A stretch of DNA of 64,000 nt from Octopus sinensis (taxonomy: Eukaryota), in assembly GCF_006345805.1 (NCBI RefSeq), contig NC_043013.1, forward strand, positions 55,862,001 to 55,926,000. The letters run 5' to 3'. Below are positions 12,101 to 22,408 of this stretch, in pieces (position 1 is the stretch's first letter; each line of letters starts with the position of its first letter). The position numbers and the translations under genes are program-made. The notes under the pieces were generated by a model. The model ran no database searches. It was not told where the DNA came from and worked only from the letters and a program-made list of their open reading frames with translations.

Positions 12101-12407
12101 CATAAAAAGCACCATCCGAACGTGGCCATTGCCAGCGCCGCCTTGACTGGCTTCCATGCCGCTGGCACGTTAAAAGCTCCAACCGATCGTGACTGATGCC
12201 GACCCCCCCGGCACCTGTGCAGGTGGCACGTAAAAAGCACCCACTACACTCACGGAGTGGTTGGCGTTAGGAAGGGCATCCAGCCGTAGAAACTCTGCCA
12301 GATCAGACTGGAGCCTGGAGCAGCCCCTGGCTTCCCAGACCCCGGTCGAACCGTCCAACCCGTGCTAGCACGGAAAACGACGTTAAACGATGATGATGAT
12401 GATGATG
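9144..12407 (+). mobile_element. RTE-clade LINE, 5'-truncated, about 3.26 kb, with (GAT)n tail
   Basis: APE motifs SAYAPQ, GDFNGHVG, SQIDFIL; RT motifs QFGF, FVDLEKAFDRV, GVHQGSALSP, LLYADD; 3'UTR and (GAT)n at 12389-12407; candidate 6-bp TSD AAAGAT at 9144-9149 and 12408-12413. Confidence 0.95.
9147..11963 (+). pseudogene. RTE ORF (APE endonuclease + RT with PHD-type finger), one frame interrupted by 4 nonsense codons
   Basis: ORF pieces 9183, 9585, 10155 and 11526 share one frame; stops at 9474, 10062, 11352 and 11448; no frameshift seen. Confidence 0.9.
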
Positions 12408-12530
12408 AAAGATGACCATTATTCTTGTGCCAACTGGTGCAACAGCCAAACTCTTATCTAAGAAACTAAAGGGTATTGGAAGAGAGATTCCTGCATTCTA
12501 AAAGAATCCTAAAAAACGATCTTTGAGATT
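12408..12530 (+). mobile_element. 3' continuation of the R4/Dong-like element beyond the RTE insertion
   Basis: KMTIILVPTGATAKLLSKKLKGIG...RILKNDL* continues KL*KTK from 9130-9149, as expected for the C-terminus of an RLE ORF. Confidence 0.55.
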
Positions 12531-12689
12531 TGAGGATAATTGTTGTCACCAAGCCTCAGGATGACATCCCTGATAAGTTAATTAGTATGCGAGACTAATT
12601 TAATTTGACTAATAATAGTAATAGATAGTTTCTGATTTAAGCACATGGCCAGCAGACTTGAGAGTAGGTTTTTGTCAACATTGTTGACC

Positions 12690-13445
12690 ATTGTATGTAA
12701 AATGGTATTTTATCAACTCTGAAAGGTTGAAAAGCAAAGTTCACCTTGACAGAATTTGAACATAGAATGAAAGGAGCCAACACAGATACAAAACATTTTG
12801 TCCAATACTCTAACCATTCTGCTAACACACAGCATTTTTTTACTTTATAATAATATTGATAATAACAATATCAATAATAATAGTAATTGATAATGGTTTC
12901 AAATTTTGGCACAAGGCTGGTGATTTCATGGGAGGGGGTAAGTCAATTACTTTGATCCCAGTGTTCAACTGGTACTTATTTTATCGACCCCAAAACGATG
13001 AAAAGCAAAGTTGCTGGAGCTTGAACTCAGAATGTATCGATGGATGAAATGCTGCTAACCATTTCACCTCTCATGCCAATGATTCTATCAGTTTTGCTGC
13101 CTTGATAATAATACTAATAATAACATTCATTGTCTGGGTCGGAGTTGACGTTTGAATCAAATAAAAGTAAATAATTTCATTGGTTTCTTCATTATTATAT
13201 ACCTGTCAATCACGACTCATCTTTTTTTTTTCCAGAGATAACACAGGACTTGTACTGAGAAGACACAGAACTTGAACCAGTCCAATAACTCTGCCCCACC
13301 CCCCACTGAACTGGTACTAATTTTTTTGTTACTGAAACGATGGAAAGCAAATGGGACCCTGGTGAGATTTGAACTCAAAGTGTAGGAAGTTACAATAAAT
13401 ACAGCAAAGAAGTTTATCCACCACTGAGGTATACTCTGCCAATTC
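12690..13445 (-). mobile_element. Second cluster of three same-orientation Meta-like tRNA SINE copies
   Basis: Copies at about 12690-12825, 12895-13100 and 13250-13445 with ggtacttattttatcgacccc and tttgaactca motifs. Confidence 0.65.
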
Positions 13446-13867
13446 ATCCCCTTTAAATTGTCTCTTGGAATAAATTTTCTTAAAAAATATAGAAATATGT
13501 CACAACAAATCTCTAATTACAAAGAAACTATTTTCCATTGTTGGAATAATATATTGGGGACAATAATCTAATTGTTGAGTTCTTGGTGACAATTACAGGT
13601 GTCAATGCTTAATTGATAAAGCAATATTTGCAGGGAATTCAGTTCCAATATCTCCTGACACATTATCAAGTTGTGAAAATGTTTCCATTTTTGGATTATT
13701 CTGCTGTGAAAAATTGATTTTGGCTCCAGAGAGTCGCAATATGACAAAGAAAATAGTTTTGGATTTAATCTCATTAAAATTTATTACATAAATATCGTTC
13801 CTGTAATTAAGTTGTCTTCGTTAAGATAAATGATGTACTCCTTTATATTTGGACACTGGCAGCCCTT

Positions 13868-13961
13868 ATCGTCATCATCATCATTATCATTGTCATCATA
13901 TTCATCGTCTTATTCATCATCATCATCATCATCATCATCATTATCAGCACTATTATTATTG

Positions 13962-14027
<66 letters not shown>

Positions 14028-14028
14028 G
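13868..14028. repeat. Compound (CAT)n / (ATT)n microsatellite
   Basis: Direct reading; source of the poly-S, poly-L, poly-I and poly-M ORFs. Confidence 0.95.
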
Positions 14029-14151
14029 CTTTCCAGCACAAGTGATATATATGAACCCATTCATTTAAACTGTGAAATTATCCACAAAGCATTTCACTAT
14101 AATCAAATAATTACATGTATGCATGTATGTATATATTTATGTGTGTATGTG

Positions 14152-14183
<32 letters not shown>

Positions 14184-14346
14184 CGTGTATGTAGTTATAT
14201 ATTTCTATGTACATATATAGATGTGTGTGTGTATATATATACATATGCTTATATATAAACACACACACACACACATTCATATAGATAATTAAAATAGACA
14301 GCAGTGTGCAGTGTTTTACCAACAAACAAAACTATAACTGTCACTA

Positions 14347-14560
14347 AATGCGACTTGGATGTTAGAGACACCTACATTGCTAGAAATAAGAGCTAAATTG
14401 CTCTGATGCTGTAGTCAAAGCACATAATTGTAGACATATACACTGACAGGAACTATAATCATCCAAAAACCTCATTCTTGAAAGTCCCTGTCTGTATGCC
14501 TTAAAGAATTTTAGCTCTGATTTCTAGCAATGTAGGTGTTTCTAACACCCTAGTTGCATT
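14347..14560. mobile_element. MITE-like foldback element with about 55-bp TIRs and TA target duplication
   Basis: Left aatgcgacttggatgttagagacacctacattgctagaaataagagctaaa versus reverse complement of right aatgcaactagggtgttagaaacacctacattgctagaaatcagagctaaa; TA at 14345-46 and 14561-62. Confidence 0.75.
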
Positions 14561-14924
14561 TATATATTCTTATATACATATACACACACACCAACATGCA
14601 TGCCTATTTGCTATATAGTTCAACCCATGCAAGCATGGAAAAGTGGATGTTGAAACGACAATGAGGATGATGTTTTGTTACGCTGACAAAATGTATATTC
14701 TGTTTCACTCATGGTTCATTAAGGAATTATAAGTGAAACAAAATAACCAACATAGATTGCTTTTGAACTTATCATCTCCTGGAATACAATATACATAAAT
14801 GTATACATGTATATATATATATATATATATATTGATAAAAAAGGTAAGATAAGAAAAGAAAGAACGAGACCGTGATATTATGTAAATAGAGGAATTTATC
14901 TATAAATAAATAGCGTTTTTCCGA

Positions 14925-14998
14925 TGGCCGGATAACTGAAGAGATGGTGGTGTGGATTTCCACCTCAGCATCTGAAACTCGGAGTTTTATCTTGGCTA
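14925..14998 (+). ncRNA. Candidate type I hammerhead ribozyme in a (TA)n-embedded element (14832-15028)
   Basis: Stem I TGGCCGGATAA / TTATCT(T)GGCTA; core CTGAAGA 14936-42; stem II GATG/CATC with inner GTGG-attt-CCAC; one extra T (14973); GAAA 14974-77; stem III ACT-cgg-AGT; GUU cleavage triplet 14984-86. Confidence 0.6.
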
Positions 14999-15280
14999 CC
15001 GAATAATTGTCAAATATTCCATTTACAAATATATATATATATACACCTTATACAACAGAAAGAGTCCTCAAAACAAAAAGTATAGGGTTTCTGTTATTAG
15101 AAAACAGTTGATCATTCACTTTGCTCCTACCCAGAGTTCTATGCTCAATCAAGCAACAGTGGTATCGAATCTGATAAAGAGCAAGTGACTCATAACAATA
15201 AGCAGCTTCATTAATTAATCATTAATTTATATATACTTACAGACATTCATACATACATATATGCATGCATAAATACATGA

Positions 15281-15322
<42 letters not shown>

Positions 15323-17182
15323 GTTCCCTCATGATTGAGGAAGGTTATCACTGACCATTGCCAATGCACAATGCTAGCAAAACCCATCTATGAAATTATT
15401 GCATTGATTGTTTCCGCCAGATTCACATCCATGGTTTTTATGCTTGTCATGGGGCTCTCCTCCTCCTCCTCCTCAGCCCCGCATCAGAAAGTCACCTTGC
15501 TGGCAATTACACAATCAAAAACTTTAGGACTAACAAAGTTTGCACAGCACCTCACAGGCCCTCTCCACCCTCCTGACATGATCCAGAGAGAAGCTGGGGC
15601 AAGATATCCAGTACCAATATGGGTTACAGGTTCCGGAATGTGGGATTGACATGACCTTAAGTGAAAGCAAAAGATCTCCAAAATGTACAAAGCTATTCCT
15701 TGCATTTCTGGCTTTATATCAGAGTGATTTTTTTCCCTAGAGATGTGCTTTAACAAAAGCTGAGGGGTGTCTCATTCCCAATTGTCTTCCAGCACACCAG
15801 ACACCAACCTCATATATAAAATACATACACATACATACTTGCATACATAGAATTATATGCATTTGCACACAAACCTTTAAATGCAATGATTTTCTGTGAG
15901 AGAGCAAAAGAACCTGAAGGGCATCTCCCAGATCCTATCTTTAAAGGCACACACTTGGCTGCGTGTATCTACAAGGTCACACGTGTCAAAAAGTAATGAT
16001 GCACACACAGAAACACCAAAGTACTAAAGAGACATGTACACACACAGAGCATAAGTGCAGGCACATATGCCTGCATATATCCACACACTCACACAAGCAC
16101 ACATTTGCAAACCCCAGGAACTGTCTTAAAGGCAATATGTCTCCTCACGTTGTTAGTGAATGGCTTGAACTCAAATCTCAAAGAAACATACTTATACATA
16201 TATACTTGTGTACATACATGCATACACTGTTACTGCTTATTGCTTTTAACACAAATTTCCACAACTTATATGTATGAATGTGCAAACACACAATTCATGA
16301 AGGCAGCATTCTGCGTGACCTTAGCCTTGGTAGCAAAACCAATCTAAAGAAATCTAAACAACTAAAGAATGGTTATCGTGGCTGAAAAAGTGAAGTAAAC
16401 CTTTGAAATCCTGTGTTGACTATTCTATGGATTAAAAGAAACTTTTCCTTGGATTTTTTTCCCCCTTAACTCTTGTAATTTCCCAACCGTTTAAGAGATT
16501 GTCTGAGCCTTGTTTTGTGACGGCTGACTTCCTACATTTTGGTCAGTGACTTCAAATCTAAACAGAAACATCCTGACTTGACTAAATCTTAGACATGCAA
16601 TTATTTTAGAAGATTTGTGAGTGTCGAGAGAAGCCGGCCTCTGCTTTCCTTCAGCCTGGCAGCAGAAATTATGTCCTTTGTTGTCTTTGTTATTACTTAG
16701 CTTCTGATCTGCTCTGATCAAGAAGACTCTTAGTAGTCAAACATTCCAATCATGACAATCCCAGCTTAACTTTAGACAATATATCTGGGACTACACCATC
16801 CAGTTGATCCTTTCCTTGTAAGGAAGAATATGTGTGATTTGATGAAGCTTTGACTACTATCTCTAGAGGGCAAGTGGCCACATAGAGGCCTACTTTTTGC
16901 TTTGGCTCATGTATTATCATGTTGAGTTTAATTTGTGAGAGCTGTAAAGCTGGAATATATTGGATACAGCAATCTATCAGGTCTATTACAGTGGAAACAG
17001 GCGAAGAAAATTTCACAAAGAATGGTAATTTGATTTCTGCAAGATTTACTCGACATGGATGGCAATGTGGCATAGAATTGTTATTTTGAATAGAAATTTA
17101 TTTTGTGCCTATTTGTATGAACCTCTCTCTCTTCTCTCTCTCTTTCTTTCTCTTTCTTTCTCTCTCTCTTCCTTATTTTCTA

Positions 17183-17612
17183 TTCAGACATTCTTTTACT
17201 TGTTTCAGTCATTAGATTGCGACCATGCTGGGGCACTACCATGAAAAAATTTTTAGACAAACGAATCGACGCTGATACTTAACTTGTTTTAAAAGCCTGG
17301 TACTTATTTTATCAGTCTCTCATGCCAAACCGCTAGGTTATATGGACATGAACACACCGACATTGGTTGTTGAGTGATGGTGTGGGACAAACACAAACAC
17401 TTTCTCTCTCTCTCTCTCACAAATACACACTCTTACTCACAAACACATACACTCTCTCTCTCTCATACACACACACACACATTCATACATATATGGTAGG
17501 CTTCTTTTCAGTTTCTATCTAATAAACCCACTCACAAAGCTTTGGTCAGTTCCAGCCTCTGTGACTGAACCCAGACCCATGTGGTCAGGCAGCAGACCTC
17601 CTACCACACAGC
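17183..17612 (-). mobile_element. CORE-like tRNA SINE, near full length
   Basis: Same family as 4667-5037: tttacttgtttcagtcatt...ccatgctggggcac...ggcttcttttcagtttc...ccacacagccac. Confidence 0.75.
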
Positions 17613-19144
17613 CACAACTGTGCCAGTCAATGTTTGTCTAAGATTACATTATGTTCTTCTCTTCAAATGGTAGAGTGTAATTTCAGGCATGTTTGGCTTC
17701 TGTTTTGAGTAGGGCAAGTACCAATGAAGGATCAAATCTCTATTGGATCAACACTTCCCTAGGGTTTAAGCAAACCCTGAAAACTTAATGGAGCCATGAA
17801 GATATCATTAATACTCAGTCTAAGATACTCTGCCATGACGACTAAAGGCATTGCCATTCTTCCTCATTCTCGATAATAAGAATGGAAAATGAAATATTTC
17901 ATGAGACTGTTGCTGTGTCTATGTTTGCTGGTATTCTAACAGTATGGGGCATGGAATGGTAGCAATGGAATTAATGACAATTCTTCACTGGGTTCTACTA
18001 TTTCTAATTGTTATCTGTATTAAATCAAAATATCAAACAGCTGCTGGTCACACTGCATAGCCATAGTTATAATTGAAATATTAATTAACTAATTAGAGAA
18101 GAGACCCAGGAGGTTTGTAAATGAGAAATAAGAAGCTGTGATATTCATGGTTATCTCAGAGGTACCATTTCATTGCATGAAGTTACTGGAACTAAAATAA
18201 ACACATATGCTGTATTATCATCTTACCACTTCCTCAATGCCTTTTATTTTACACAACACCTTATTCCAAAGGTTTATAAATCATCTTGGACTATCTTATT
18301 CTGATTTCAGCATTCAGACAAGAAAAAAATATAAAAAAGTCCTTTTTGCTTCATTTCTTTTTTTTTCTTACATTCTTTTTTTGCAATATTCCTTTTATTA
18401 GTTTGGATATAAAGAAGAGATTTAAAGTTCCTTCCCAGATAGTTTTCTTCCAGTTTGTCTACCCACTCCGTAATGCACACACACACACACATGCATGCAT
18501 GCACATACATGCACATATACACACATGGACATGTATATCTATGAGGACACACACACTTATATACTTTTACATACATATATGCATATATGTGTGTGCATGT
18601 ATACATACATATATATATATATATAAACACACAAACACACACACACACACATATATATAAATACACAGAGAGGAAGTATGAAGTAAAGGAATTTAGGCTG
18701 TTTTCGTGTGGCACATAAAACGTAAAAGAGTTTAGAAAAAAGTAAGATTGGCCAAAAGTAATCAATCTTTCCTAACATCAGCTGTTCATTGTAGTATTTA
18801 TTTGAAAGGGAGAGGAAGGAGAGAGGGGGAGCAATAAAGTGAGAGAAAGGGTAAGAGGAGGGGAGAGAGGAAAACCTCCAAGTAAGAGTTTGAAAGTATT
18901 GGACATATTTCTTGACTATGTATGATGTATAAATATAATATAAATTTCTGGGCTAAAAAGGCGTCAAGTAAGTGTGAACAATGGGAATAGAAATAGCAAA
19001 TCCTATATATATATAAAATACATATATATACATGTATGTGAGTGTATATATATATGTGTGTGTGTATGTATATATATATATATATATACATGTGTGTATG
19101 TGTATATATATACATATATGATTACACATATATATACGTGTGTA

Positions 19145-19180
<36 letters not shown>

Positions 19181-19721
19181 CATACATACATACACACATA
19201 CACACACATACAATATAAAATTTGTAGGTTAGAAAGGCGTCAAATAAATATGAACAGTGATAATAGAAACCGCAGAAGAAATACGATTGCTTCCTGATTA
19301 ATGGCTGAAGTCTGTGAAAATATTTGCCAATCGAACATTTTTTTTTCTTTTGCATTTTTTTGTTGTGAAAATAACTGTTTGATAAAATCCATATATCGGA
19401 AACAATATTCGAAGCAATATAAATCTGCAGCTCAGATATTTTTGATCCTTCAATATTATCCATTATAGTTACCTGTTATCAATGATTAGTTTGAACAAAT
19501 GAAATTTAGCTGGATTTGAAATTAACATTCTATGATTAAAGCAACAACGATTCACTTCTATTATAAAACTTCTTGTACTGAATTTTATTGTTTTATTGTG
19601 GATTTCATTGTTTAACTGCAATAAACTGATCGTTTCTTTGTTACAAAGTTTTATAACTATACGTTGAGCAGACAAGCAATCCAATATTATTTTATATCAT
19701 GTCTGCAAATGTGTAGGTGTA

Positions 19722-19881
19722 GGTATGGCTGTATTGTAAGGAGTTTGTTTACCAACCTCAAGTTGTGGGTTCAGACCCACTGCATGACACCTTGGGCAAG
19801 TGTCTTCCACTATAGCCTCAAGTTGAACAAAGCCTTGTGAGTGGATTTGGTAGGTGGAAACTAAAAGAAGCCTGTTGTATG
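19722..19881 (+). mobile_element. CORE-like tRNA SINE, 5' half (interrupted by the PLE)
   Basis: ggtatggctgtattgtaag...gggttcagacccactgcatgacaccttgggcaagtgtcttccactatagcc...ggaaactaaaagaagcctgttg, then (TA)n. Confidence 0.8.
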
Positions 19882-20049
19882 TATATATATATATATATAT
19901 ACAAAAAGCAATAAAGATTCAAGTTAATTTAAATGAATTTACTTGAATATGGTACCTAACTTAGATGCACCAAAAAAAAACTATACTGTTTTAACAATAC
20001 AGTAATGTGGGGTGATTATAAGCGAGAAAGAAGCAACAAGAATGGATAG

Positions 20050-20145
20050 GTTTTTAGTACAATCGTTTCATACAAGGACAGGCTTTATTAAAAGTTGTAA
20101 AAATTACAGCATATAAACGTGTCCCGTACTCATCAGCTAAAATAC
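20050..20145 (-). ncRNA. Type I hammerhead ribozyme, inverted copy
   Basis: Exact reverse complement of 23877-23972. Confidence 0.75.
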
Positions 20146-20161
20146 ATCAGCTAAAATACAG

Positions 20162-22408
20162 CCTTCGGTAAGGCTGATCTGTCCAACTAAGTCGGACATT
20201 GGCCGACTTAGTAAATCTATCCTGGATAGTGTTCTACCCCAAATAACCCCTCTTCTCCCCTTAAACCTATGGCTAAGTACGGATGAAGTTCTAAAATGGT
20301 TTAACTCTCTAACTAATACAAGTAGTCTGTCCTTTATTCAGTTCGATATTAATAGTTATTACTCAAGTATTTCCCCTATCTTACTCAACAAATCACTAAT
20401 ATTTGCCATGAATCGCTCCCTCATATCTAGAGAAGAAATCAATATTGTGCTACTAGCTAGGAAGACATTTATAGAATTTGAAGATAAATTATGGACTAGA
20501 GCACATACACCTAATTTTTTTGATATACCAATGGGTTCCAGTGATTCGGCTGAGGTAACCAACCTAGTGGGTGCATATCTATTAAAATGCATAAGCAAGG
20601 ATATACCAGAAATACAGGGGGGTCTATATAGGGATGATGCTCTGTTTGTTATCCCTAGTAATAATAAATCTGTTATAGAAAGGATTAGAAAGAAAATTAA
20701 TAAGTTCTTTAACGATTTCAACCTCAGTATAACGTATGAACCGGGCACTAAAATAGTTAACTTCCTAGATATTATGCTAGACCTTAACTCCAAGCTACAT
20801 TACCCATTTAGAAAGGAAGGCGAAATCACGAATTACGTAAATAAATTATCAAATCATCCCCCAAATATAATAGAATCTTTAGTAAGAAATATTTCATTAA
20901 GAATTTCAAAATTATCATCCAATAAGGATATATTTAACTCCCATTCTGAGCATTATAATGAGGCGTTAACTAAGGCTGGATACAACCAAAAGATTACATT
21001 CGTTGATAAGGGGAACTCACATATTCCTAATAATGAAGTTATCAGTAATCATGTAAGCAGCAATACAGACCAAGCCCGAAATAAAAGTAGAATTAAATTA
21101 ATGTTAAACGCTAATCTAGCACACAGGCCCAACAATTCAAATAGAAGCATTGACCAGAACATAAGTAACTCGGATAATATTGAAGTAAATAAACCTAAGA
21201 TGCACACAAATAAAAATAAAAATAATGGTAATAAATACAATAACTCCGGTGAGATGAATAGTAGTAATTCTACGAACCCTAAATTTAATAAAAAAGATAT
21301 ATTATGGCTGAATATCCCTTTCAACTGTGCGATACAATCGGATATACAGAACAAATTCAAAGTAATTCTGGAAAAAAATTTCCCTATCTCTCATAGATAT
21401 CATAGAATTATATCTAGGAAAACAGTTAGGATTTCTTATTCAACCCTCCCAAATATGTCCACTTTAATAGCTAAGATTAATAATAAAAACATTAAACTAG
21501 CCAGGAAAGATAGAAATAAAAATAATAATATCAGCATGAATACCAATAGCAATTATAATAATACTACCAACAATAAAAACAACAATAGTAACTATCAAAA
21601 CATAGGTGAAATTAGTAACCACAGAATGACTAATAACATTAACATTAATAGTAATAATAACAATGCCGATATTAATAGAAGTAATAATGTTAATAATAGA
21701 AATAATAGATATAAGGCTAATGGAGAAAATAAGGAGAATGAAAATATCAGTGATATTTATAACAGCAATATGCAGTCGGAAAAAAAGACTAACAATAATA
21801 GTAACATTACCAATAATATAAGAAATCATGGTAGGACTTTAAACCTAAATGATGAAGCTGAAGGATCAATAAATAATAGCAATACTTTAGATATCAGCAC
21901 CAACTATAGAAATGATAATCAAAATAATAGGAACCTAAGACATCTACCCAAGAATAATCCAAAGCCTGAAGTTGCTCCTCCTGTGTGTAAGTGTAGAATA
22001 AAATCAAAATGCCCGGCACCTGGTCTATGTGGGAAAAATAATGTAATCTATAAATGTACCATATCCACGGAGAATAACAAATATCTTTACGTTGGATGTA
22101 CAATTAATTTTCCAGCCAGAGTTAGAAATCACATCTCGTCTTTTAACTTACGTCATAAAGCTGGTACCACCACACTTTCAAACAAAATCTGGGAACTCAA
22201 AAATAATAATAAAAATTATAACCTTAATTGGGAAATAGTTAGGAGAGCAATTCCGTATAAAAATAGTAGGGTTGGTTGCCAACTATGCTCCATGGAGACG
22301 TATGAAATTCTAAAGCATAGAAAACATAGAAACTTATTGAATAATCATATCGAACTAGGTCAAGTTTGTGTCCACGCTAAATTGAAGACTTTAAAATATT
22401 TTAAATGA
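20162..22408 (+). CDS. PLE reverse transcriptase + GIY-YIG endonuclease (N-terminally truncated, no internal stops)
   Basis: The frame of ORF 20408-22408 is open back to 20141. Upstream it reads PSVRLICPTKSDIGRLSKSILD...LWLSTDEVLKWF...FIQFDINSYYSSI (RT motif A). Downstream: FDIPMGSSDSAE, GLYRDD, VNFLDI, NHPP, CKCRIKSKC, VIYKC...YVGCT...RVRNH, CQLCSME, CVH. Confidence 0.9.
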   Translation, partial: PSVRLICPTKSDIGRLSKSILDSVLPQITPLLPLNLWLSTDEVLKWFNSLTNTSSLSFIQFDINSYYSSISPILLNKSLIFAMNRSLISREEINIVLLARKTFIEFEDKLWTRAHTPNFFDIPMGSSDSAEVTNLVGAYLLKCISKDIPEIQGGLYRDDALFVIPSNNKSVIERIRKKINKFFNDFNLSITYEPGTKIVNFLDIMLDLNSKLHYPFRKEGEITNYVNKLSNHPPNIIESLVRNISLRISKLSSNKDIFNSHSEHYNEALTKAGYNQKITFVDKGNSHIPNNEVISNHVSSNTDQARNKSRIKLMLNANLAHRPNNSNRSIDQNISNSDNIEVNKPKMHTNKNKNNGNKYNNSGEMNSSNSTNPKFNKKDILWLNIPFNCAIQSDIQNKFKVILEKNFPISHRYHRIISRKTVRISYSTLPNMSTLIAKINNKNIKLARKDRNKNNNISMNTNSNYNNTTNNKNNNSNYQNIGEISNHRMTNNININSNNNNADINRSNNVNNRNNRYKANGENKENENISDIYNSNMQSEKKTNNNSNITNNIRNHGRTLNLNDEAEGSINNSNTLDISTNYRNDNQNNRNLRHLPKNNPKPEVAPPVCKCRIKSKCPAPGLCGKNNVIYKCTISTENNKYLYVGCTINFPARVRNHISSFNLRHKAGTTTLSNKIWELKNNNKNYNLNWEIVRRAIPYKNSRVGCQLCSMETYEILKHRKHRNLLNNHIELGQVCVHAKLKTLKYFK

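Noticed and set aside
15335-15756. GC-richer overlapping ORFs on both strands
   Set aside because: No motif recognised in any frame and stops in most; could be an unannotated exon or old repeat, but unsupported.
16750-17073. 107-aa minus-strand ORF that reads like protein
   Set aside because: No recognisable domain and no clear splice context; chance ORFs of this length are expected in 64 kb.
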